From Alphaproteobacteria bacterium (GTDB lineage: Bacteria; Pseudomonadota; Alphaproteobacteria; GCA-2731375), in NCBI GenBank assembly GCA_965225945.1, contig CBDDBZ010000036.1, forward strand, positions 381,513 to 445,512: a stretch of DNA of 64,000 bases, read 5' to 3'. This document shows positions 56,158 through 64,000 of the stretch, in pieces. Below the pieces are notes generated by a model. The model was not told where the DNA came from. It saw only the letters and a program-made list of their open reading frames with translations, and made no database searches. Position numbers and translations under genes: made by a program. Each line of letters opens with the position of its first letter. Within the stretch, counting starts at the first letter, position 1.

Positions 56158-57129
56158 ATGGGCAATGTCGCGCTATATCTCGAGCCCGAGGAAGCCGATG
56201 CGGCGGTGCGTCGGGCCATCGGTCGCTACATCCGTCGCCGCCGGGACATGGCGCCCGGTTTCGTTCGGCGAAATTTCGGCCTGAAAGGAGCACTCGAACT
56301 CCATCGCCGAGCGGTCGGGTGGGACCTGTTGCGCGCGCCCGGAAATCTCGCGCTAGCCGGACCCAATATGGTTCTCGAAGTCGCCGCCCGGCTCGCCCAG
56401 CGCCGCGGATACGAACGAGCTTCCGCCGGGCTGCGCCGCGGGCGGAAGGTGTTTCTCACCGATGTCGCGCGCGAGATCGAATGGCGGCTGTTCACCGAAT
56501 TACTGGAGCTACCCTATGCACAGCCCGGGCGCAGCTCGGAGCGGGATGCGCTCGCCGAGGAGGTCGCGCGCGATCCGGCGGTGGGCGCCCTCCTGGAGCA
56601 CCTTTCCTCTGCCGCCACCGCGCCCGGCTTCCACGCCTGGGCGGAACAGGCGGTCGGGCGCTATGGGGAGGCGCGGCTTGCGGTCGCTGAGCTCGCCTCC
56701 TCGCTCGTCTCCGCCGGCATCGGCGCGGCCGCCTTCCGGCAATGGACGCCGGGCGCGCTTTCGCTCGGCCCCGCCGCGACGCAGGCCCTGGCGCAGCAGG
56801 CGGCGATCGCGGGTTTCCCCCTTGGCGCCACGGCCGGCGGGCTCTGGTACGGCCTGTTCCCTGCCAAGACCTCGACCGCCGCCATAGCGGGCCTTACCGG
56901 CGCGCTCGTGGTGCTGCCGGCCATGCTCTCGGCTTTCGCAGGCGTGGCGACCGACCCTTTGCAGGCGCGTCTCGGCCTTCACGACCGCCGGCTCGCCCGC
57001 CTTCTGGATGCGCTCGAAGACCGCCTGCTCGGAGATGCCGGTCCCGACTTCAACCCGCGTGAGCCGTGGGTCGCACGCATTCTCGACCTGGTGGACCTCC
57101 TGAACCTTGCCCGACGGGTGTTGGGTTGA
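56158..57129 (+). CDS. Conserved hypothetical protein (DUF6635-like)
   Basis: 323-aa ORF; HRRAVGWDLLRAP and DPLQARLGLH.RRL motifs recalled from this family. Confidence 0.6.
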   Translation: MGNVALYLEPEEADAAVRRAIGRYIRRRRDMAPGFVRRNFGLKGALELHRRAVGWDLLRAPGNLALAGPNMVLEVAARLAQRRGYERASAGLRRGRKVFLTDVAREIEWRLFTELLELPYAQPGRSSERDALAEEVARDPAVGALLEHLSSAATAPGFHAWAEQAVGRYGEARLAVAELASSLVSAGIGAAAFRQWTPGALSLGPAATQALAQQAAIAGFPLGATAGGLWYGLFPAKTSTAAIAGLTGALVVLPAMLSAFAGVATDPLQARLGLHDRRLARLLDALEDRLLGDAGPDFNPREPWVARILDLVDLLNLARRVLG

Positions 57130-57204
57130 CCCGGATTGCTCGCCAGTGTCACGGCCCGCGTCGCGTTGCGGCGTTCGAGCCGCAAGGTACCGGCCGAAAA
57201 GCGC

Positions 57205-57345
57205 GGCAAACCCTGACCCTGGCAGCGGATTGCGGAACGCGTCTCGAAGGTGTCAGTCCCTGCCCGATTGTCAGAAAATACTCCCAACGCAAGCGCGAGC
57301 GGGTTCTGTCGGACGACGAATTCCTACGCCTCGGCGATGCCTTGC
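57205..57345 (+). pseudogene. Tyrosine integrase internal fragment
   Basis: SPCPIVRKYSQRKRERVLSDDEFLRLG aligns with NPCRHVRRFREEKRERFLSDVEYQRLG of 39157. Confidence 0.7.
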
Positions 57346-57499
57346 GCTACGCCGGGTGCGAGTGCTTCGCGTCGTAGCCGGCGCTGCCCGCCGTGCGTGC
57401 GATCCAGTCCCTCGCCAAGGGAGGGTTCAGCCGCTCGGGCGGGCAGGAGGAGAGCCGCGGCAAAAAACCGGGCCTGGTTACCCTGCCCCGCCTATGGCA

Positions 57500-59626
57500 T
57501 CACGACGCTGGCGCATCGCCCGGGTTGTCCGCCGCGGCCCCCGGTTGCTTGCGCCCGAAGGCTTGGCGGACGAGGTCCATCGCATAGGGGATCTGGCGCT
57601 CGTTATCCAGCTCCACCTGGACATCGCCATTGCCCCAGAGCCCCAGGTTGGTGATGTCGGCGGCAAGCCCGCGCGGATCGCTGAGCTCGTCGAACCGCAT
57701 GTTGAGCGTCAGCCGGAGGCGGCGCTTCTGCGGCACCACATCGACGAAGTTGGTCTGCGTCTTGTAAGCGACATAGTGCTTCCGGAACTCTTCCCGGACC
57801 TGTGGGCCGAGGGCGAGGATGGCCTGCCGGACCGCCTCGAAGAGATCGTGCATCGGCGCCCCCGGCCGCAGATGCGGGTGATGCTCGATCGTGTAGCCGC
57901 CGGCGCCGGTGCGCGAGGTCTCGTAGGATGCCAGCACTCTGTCGGTGAGAACCGGGCGCCGCCAGATCTCGACCGCCAGGTCGGCGAGACGCGCTGCGCG
58001 GGCCCGGATGGCGGGCTCGTCCCAGCACTCGGCCTGGCGCAGATCCTCATTCAGCCGCAGGGGGCTGTTGCGGAACCCCCGCTCGGCATCGCGCTTCTCG
58101 CGGAACGAACAATTGCCCATCTCGCTGTTGAAGGCGGTGCTGGTGAGGTTGCCGAGGGTATGGCGCCAGGTATGCCAGACCTGCGCCCAGTCGGGCCCGA
58201 GCTCAGCCTTCCAGGCCTCGGGCAGGCGCTCGCCCTGCGGCATGATGTGGTCGACCGTATAGGAGGCGAATTGCACGGTTTCCTTGCGGCCGTGGTTCTC
58301 GAGCCGCTCGAGCACCGCATCGCGATGCCTGAACCGGTACATGTTGCGGGTCGTCAGCTCGGCGCGGAAGGCATCGTCGGAGGGGAAGGCGTGCCCGTCG
58401 GGCAGGGACAGGAAGTGGGCCCGGACGCTCTCGACATACCGGTCCGGTTCGATGGCGCGCGGAGCCCTGGCGAACACCGGCGGCAGTGCGGCGGGCTTGT
58501 AGCCGCAGACGGCCCGGCGCATGGCATAGGCGGTGACCAGCCGGGTCAAGGTAATCAGGTCGTGCCTGGACAGGCGCCCGCCCGCATAGTCGCCGTAGAG
58601 GTGAAGGAGAAAGGGAAAGACCGGCTTCATCTCAAGGCGCGCCAGTTCGCGGAACGCCTGGGCGAGCTCCGGGTCGGGCTCCTCGCCGAGCACGATCGCG
58701 CGATAGTGGTCGGCAGAGGTACGAAGATCGCCGGCGAGTTTCTCGGGGCCGGCCTCCTGGACCCGGCGCGACCGGGCATGGGTCCTGAAGACCGCGTATT
58801 CCTCTCCCTGCTTCGGTACCTCGCCGGTCCTGAGGGTCAGGTAATGGCGGATGAACGCATCGAAATGGTCTTCCCCGCCGTGGCGTTCGAAGCCGCATTC
58901 AATGGGATACAGATGATCGGCGTAGAGCCGTTCCTGGCGGTCCCGGTCGAGCGGCATCAGGATGAAGTTGCCGACCATGTCGGCGCAGCTCAGGTCGCGT
59001 CCGCAGGCGTTCATGGTTTCGAAGATGCGGTGCGGGTTGTCCTCCCCCTCCTTGAGGTCAAAGGCGACGATGCGGAGCTTGCGGAGCCCCGCGCACAGCG
59101 CCGAGACGTCCGGGCCCAGCTGCTTGACCCGTTTCTCGAAGAACGCGAAGGCATCGAGGATGCGGGGCGAGGCGGAAGCGGGCCGGGGCCGGTCATGGAT
59201 CAGCGCCAGCAGGGTCTCGGAATCCCCCGGCTTGAGCAGCAGGCGGTATTGCTGGTCCCCCTTGCGGAGGGCATTGAGGAGGTAGTCGTTCCTGATCTGC
59301 GCGGGCTCGAAACCGTCCGGGGCCGCGTCGTCCCGCAGGTGCCGGGCCAGGGCCTTGAGGATCAGGCTGACGGTGGTCAGGCGCTGCTGGCCGTCATAGA
59401 CCAGATAGGGTGACCAGTGGGCGTTGAGGGGATCGACGGCGGCCAGGTACATCACCGGGCCGAGGAAGTGTTCGCGCACGTCGGCGCGCTCGCCGGCGTC
59501 CAGGATGTCCTCCCAGAGCTGGCGGCATTCCCGCTGCGTCCAGGCGAAACGGCGCTGGTTGACGGGGATGCGGAACTGGGGCGACTGCCTGATGAAGTGG
59601 AGGAGAAGGGTTTCCGAGGTTCGCAT
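57500..59626 (-). CDS. GmrSD-type endonuclease (DUF262-DUF1524) with DUF5655-like C-terminus
   Basis: IPVNQR..W, DGQQRLTT, IFETMN, DHIMPQ, LGNLT..N; tail K.YVAYK...NFVD..WGNGD. Confidence 0.88.
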   Translation of the reverse strand: MRTSETLLLHFIRQSPQFRIPVNQRRFAWTQRECRQLWEDILDAGERADVREHFLGPVMYLAAVDPLNAHWSPYLVYDGQQRLTTVSLILKALARHLRDDAAPDGFEPAQIRNDYLLNALRKGDQQYRLLLKPGDSETLLALIHDRPRPASASPRILDAFAFFEKRVKQLGPDVSALCAGLRKLRIVAFDLKEGEDNPHRIFETMNACGRDLSCADMVGNFILMPLDRDRQERLYADHLYPIECGFERHGGEDHFDAFIRHYLTLRTGEVPKQGEEYAVFRTHARSRRVQEAGPEKLAGDLRTSADHYRAIVLGEEPDPELAQAFRELARLEMKPVFPFLLHLYGDYAGGRLSRHDLITLTRLVTAYAMRRAVCGYKPAALPPVFARAPRAIEPDRYVESVRAHFLSLPDGHAFPSDDAFRAELTTRNMYRFRHRDAVLERLENHGRKETVQFASYTVDHIMPQGERLPEAWKAELGPDWAQVWHTWRHTLGNLTSTAFNSEMGNCSFREKRDAERGFRNSPLRLNEDLRQAECWDEPAIRARAARLADLAVEIWRRPVLTDRVLASYETSRTGAGGYTIEHHPHLRPGAPMHDLFEAVRQAILALGPQVREEFRKHYVAYKTQTNFVDVVPQKRRLRLTLNMRFDELSDPRGLAADITNLGLWGNGDVQVELDNERQIPYAMDLVRQAFGRKQPGAAADNPGDAPAS

Positions 59627-59959
59627 GGCGTGCTCCGGGTTGGGGATGGGGCGCGGTCCGGACCCTCTCCGGGCCCTGGACCGCGCGCCACAGAAGGCCC
59701 CGCCCGACTCCTGGTGATGCGCTGGGGGTATGCCGGGGAATTGGAGCTGCGGGGTGAGGCGGCACTCAGGTAGCGTGACAGCCCGGGATGGGCCAAGTCC
59801 GTCAACTGTCCTGTCGTTTACGTAGACGGAATTGTCACGGCGCCTCGGAGTGGGTCGCTGAACGATTCACGAGTGCGTCCGGAGTGGGCAGTAGGGCCGA
59901 GACCCGGCTGCGGCTCGCGCTCGACTCGACGGCTCGTGGCGCTTCGGCGGCACGTGCCC

Positions 59960-60200
59960 CCCCCCCGGCGCATCGCGGCAAGCATCTCGGCGGCACGGGA
60001 TCGAGCCTCGCCTAGATTCAAGGTTCCCGCGTCGCCGACGATTTTCCAGATGCGTTCCCCACGATGCTGGCAATGGACGAAGAAGCGTTTTCCGCCGGAG
60101 AGCATCACTCTGACGCCGAAGCCCTAGAGATTGCTGTCTCGGATGCCCTCGACCATGAGCCTTTCGCACGACCCGATCCGGCCGCTGTACGAAATGCTGC
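59960..60200 (-). pseudogene. Integrase arm-domain relic
   Basis: GFGVRVMLSGGKRFFV..EARSRAAEMLA with an upstream stop. Confidence 0.7.
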
Positions 60201-60369
60201 GCGGGATCGTCAGCGTCTTGCCCTCGCTGTCCGCTCTGGAAGTCCTCCATATCGGGAATCACCTATCTGAACCCAGCGACTCTTCAAAGCGATTCTCCGG
60301 GGGCAAAGGACTTCGAAGACTCGATCCAGATCGGTCTCAAGGAAAATCCGCGTGACGATCTCGGTCTAG

Positions 60370-61984
60370 CCCGCTTTATTCAGCGGAGGCCTGATAATGA
60401 GGTGGCGGACATGGCGTAAGTCGTTGTGATCGGGTAGAAATTCGTTTCCCAGCGTCTTTCCACCGACGCAACGAAAGCGCCACGCCCACCATGACCGAAG
60501 ATACCCTTCTCCTGTTCGATCTGCCAGCCGTCAGCCGCAAGAAGGTAACCGCCGATTTCGCGGGCGGGCTGATCTCGTCGGACGGCGGGCTGGTGCTGCT
60601 GCGCGCGGCGGAGCGCCGGCTCGGCCTGGCCGAGGCGCTGGCGGGCTGCATCCGGGAGTGGCGCGACCCGGAGCGGGTGGTCCACACGCTGCCGGCGATG
60701 CTTCGCTTCCGCATGCTCGCGATCGCCTGCGGATATGAGGATGCCGACGACTGCGACGCCCTGCGCGGCGATCCCCTCTTCAAACTGGCCGTGGGCCGGG
60801 CGCCGGAGAGCGGCCGCGATCTCTGTTCCCAACCCACCATGAGCCGTCTGGAGAACGCGCCCTCGCGCAGCGAGGTGGCGCGCATGACGGCTGCCCTGGT
60901 CGATATCTTCTGCCGCTCCTTCCCGAGCCCGCCCGCGGCGATCACGCTCGACATCGACGACACCTGCGACCCGGTGCACGGCCAACAGCAGCTGTCGCTG
61001 TTCAACGCCCATTACGACACGCGGTGCTTCCTGCCGGTGCATGTCTACCATGTGGAGAGCGGCAAGCCGGTGGCGGTTCTCCTGCGCCCCGGCAAGACGC
61101 CGTCGGGCGCCGAGGTCCGCATCCTCCTCAAGCACCTGGTGCGGCGCATCCGCCGGCACTGGCCGCGCACCCGGCTCACCTTCCGGGGGGACAGCCACTA
61201 CGGCCGGACCGAGGCCATGGCATGGTGCGAGGAGAACGGCGTCGACTACATCTTCGGCCTGGCGGGCAATCCCGTGCTGCACCGCTTCGCATATGGCGTC
61301 GCCGACGACCTCAAGGTGCGCCGCGCCGAGGCCGGCGCCGACAGGATGCGCGGCTTCGCCAGCTTCGATTACGCCGCCGGCTCGTGGCGCCGGAAACGCC
61401 GCGTCGTCGCCCGGCTGGAGGCGACGACCCGCGGCTTCGACGCCCGCTACATCGTCACCTCGCTCACGGGCGGGCCGCGCCATCTCTACGAAGGGGTCTA
61501 CTGCGCCCGCGGCCAGGCCGAGAACCTCATCAAGCTGCACAAGGGCCAACTCGCCTCCGACCGGACCTCCTGCCAGAGCCCGCTCGCCAACCAGTTCCGC
61601 CTCGTCCTGCACACCGCGGCCTACTGGCTGATGCTCGCCCTGCGCGATGCCGTGCCCCGCAGGATGCCGCTCGCCTGGTCCGAGTTCGCCACCCTCAGGC
61701 AGCGCCTGCTCAAGATCGGCGCCCGCGTGGTCGAGAAGGCCGCCCGCATCCGCATCCACTTCGCCTCGGCTTGTCCCGACGCCGCCCTGTTCCGCCTGCT
61801 GGCCGGGCGCCTCGCCGCCTCGGGACCCTGACCGCCGGGGCGCCGTGCCCCGCGAACCCGAGACCCTTCAACCCCCGAAACCGAAACCGAAAACCTCAAA
61901 CGCCGGCACCCAAAAGGCGCCGAACGGGTGCCCCTGCGCGCTCGAAATCAGCCGATAAACGCGTCGTCCCGCGAATAAGTCAGG
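60370..61984 (+). mobile_element. IS1380-family element, intact (transposase 60491-61831)
   Basis: CCCGCTTTATTC / GAATAAGTCAGG ends, CTAG duplicated on both sides; SSDGG, LDIDDT, RGDSHY, RGQAEN. Confidence 0.93.
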
Positions 61985-62195
61985 CTAGCTTTCACCGACC
62001 GGCAGTCCCAACCTGAGCTTTGTCCAGAATCACGTAGCATGTAGAGTCCTTCCGTGACGGAACGTGCTGATCCTGTCTGCAACACACATCACGAGGATGT
62101 CCGGTTCGTGCCGCCGCCGTCTGCCATCCAGTTGGCTCGGATCCAGTTCCCGCTCGACTTGCTTGAGTCCGGGCGGGAGATCGTGGAGCGCATAG

Positions 62196-63167
62196 GGCAA
62201 CCGGAACGCGGAACTCCTCTACGACAAGCCCTATGACGACACAAAGATCACCCGCGTCGCCGGGCCGTTTACGGTCGAAAGCCTCTCGCCCTATCGCGTG
62301 ATCCCGTCCGACGACGACCCGCGCATTCTCGACATGCTGCGCGACGAGGAGGGCGAGCTGCCTCCGCGAGTCGTGCCCAAGGAGCAGACCGACTTCGCCC
62401 AGGTGGTCATGGAGCATCTGAAGGCTGCAGGCGTCCAGAACACCAAGAAGGACGAGCGGCTGGAATTCGACTCGATCGAGCCTTGGCCCGGCAAGGGCTA
62501 TGTGGCCTTCGAGGGTCGGTACGAGGAACGCGGGGCAACCCGCCGTGCCGCCATCGCCATCGGCCCGGAATACGACGCTGTCGGCTACGAGTTCGTCCGC
62601 AACGCCGCGCGCGAGGCACGCGACGCCTTCGACATCCTTATCATCTGCGGATTTCAGTTCGCGCCCGAGGTGGATGACACCATGTTGAACTTCGGGCGAC
62701 TGAAGGTGCTGAAGGCGCGGATGAACCATGATATCCGCATGGGCGACAAGCTGAAAAACACCGGGGCAGGCAACCTGTTCGTGGTCTTCGGCGAGCCCGA
62801 CATCGAGATGCGTGATGCGGGCGACGGCATGATCCAAGTGGAGATCAAGGGCGTGGACATCTTTGACCCGACCACGGGCGAGGTGAAGTCCTCGGACGAT
62901 CCCGCCGAGGACATTGCTTGCTGGTTCATTGACGATGATTACGACGAAGAGAGCTTCTTTGTCCGGCACGCCTACTTCCTTGGCGGAGCGTCGGGCGCCC
63001 CGTACAAGGCGCTGAAGCGTGCCCTGAAAGCGGAAATTGACCAGGAAGCCTGGGCATCGCTGCACACCACTGTTCCGCAGCCGTTCCCACGCCCCGATAG
63101 CGGTCAGATATGCGTAAAAGTCATCAACCATTTCGGTGACGAGGTTCAGAAAGTGTTCATGGTGTAG
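62196..63167 (+). pseudogene. C-terminal part of a large adenine DNA methyltransferase (type III Mod-like)
   Basis: LYDKP..RVAGPFTVESLSP, GNLFVVFGEPD, WFIDDDY, VKVINHFG; catalytic motifs absent. Confidence 0.8.
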
Positions 63168-63170
63168 GAG

Positions 63171-63250
63171 ATGCCGCGCAGAACGATCACGGATGAAGAG
63201 ATCGACCTGATCAAGGCCATGCTGCGCAGGGGGGTGCGTAACAGGGATCC
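63171..63250 (+). pseudogene. 5' stub of the gene following the methylase
   Basis: AGGAG RBS, MPRRTITDEEIDLIKAMLRRGVRNRD, then joined to IS110 sequence. Confidence 0.55.
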
Positions 63251-63687
63251 CGGCGGTCCGTCTTGATCGGCATAGCCTTCAGCGCACCCTTCACCTGCCG
63301 GGTCTCCATCAAAACGGCCTCGAAGCCGGCGTCGGTCAAACCCTTGTGCAACCAGTGCGACAGGGGACCGGCTTCGAGGCCGATCGCGGCGATCTCGTGC
63401 GGTAGCTCGCGCATGAACGCAACCAGCGATTCAGGTACGCTGGCGACCTGTGCCTCCGTCACGATCTTGCCCTTCTCGCCGAGAACGCAGATTGCCGTGC
63501 TTGCCAGCGATACATCCAGCCCGATAAAAACATCCATAGTCGTTGCCCTTTCCTTCGGAGGGATTGGGGCCCGCCTTTCGGCAAGACCCCGTGAACACGC
63601 TACGCGTGTAAGGGCAACGACACCCGAATCTCCGCCATCGCTACAAGCTCCGTCGGTGCGACCTGGCGCCAAGCCCCATTACGGCAT
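63248..63687 (-). mobile_element. IS110-family 5' end: non-coding leader plus DEDD N-terminus (ATG 63537)
   Basis: FIGLDVS, GLEAG, KTDRRD, then truncated. Confidence 0.88.
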
Positions 63688-64000
63688 CTGACTTATTCAC
63701 GGCGGGCGGCGTTTATAGGTTGATTTTATTCGGCCGCAGGTTTGCGTTCGGCGCCTTGCGGTGCCGGGATTAGAGGTTGGCGGTGTCTGCGTTTGGGGTT
63801 GAACGGGCTCGGGTTCTCGGGGCACGGCGCCCCGGCGATCAGGGGCCCGAGGCGGCGAGGCGCCCTGCCAGCAGGCGGAACAGGGCGGCGTCCGGACAGG
63901 CCGAAGCGAAGTGGATGCGGATGCGGGCGGCGCTCTCGACGACGCGGGCGCCGATCTTGAGCAGGCTCTGCCTGAGGGTCGCGAACTCGGCCCAGGCGAG
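63688..64000 (-). mobile_element. Right end of a second related IS1380 copy
   Basis: CTGACTTATTC end; reverse complement encodes EFATLRQSLLKIGARVVE..ALFRLLAGRL. Confidence 0.88.

Noticed and set aside
57107-59413. 768-aa + strand ORF and other long antisense ORFs (3525, 27938, 60380)
   Set aside because: Shadow frames of motif-bearing genes in high-GC DNA

Overview
High-GC alphaproteobacterial window in two halves. 190-34916 is mostly core genome: a carbohydrate-type ABC transporter (ATPase truncated, IS630 between the permeases), a class III cyclase-TPR gene between direct repeats, an AceE-like enzyme, HAD-queD-queE, tRNA-Leu-tig-clpP-clpX-lon-hup-tRNA-Val, and dusB-ntrBC-ntrYX-trkA-hfq-hflX. 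Matching 22-bp IS-like ends bound this block, and each cuts a gene. 34917-64000 is a decayed mobile region. It holds two inverted ~755-bp transposase-less elements carrying a repeat-like ORF, and IS21/IS256/IS3/IS1595/IS1380/IS6/IS66/IS110 copies or relics. It also holds a tyrosine integrase beside a tRNA-fMet 3' fragment, a PLP histidine decarboxylase-ACT pair, an IS6-bracketed catabolic cluster, a 4 x 50-bp palindromic array after an RHH-like gene, a GmrSD-type nuclease and a DNA methylase fragment. Many small duplications and chimeric fragments could be assembly artefacts. All calls come from reading the sequence and motifs; no searches were run.
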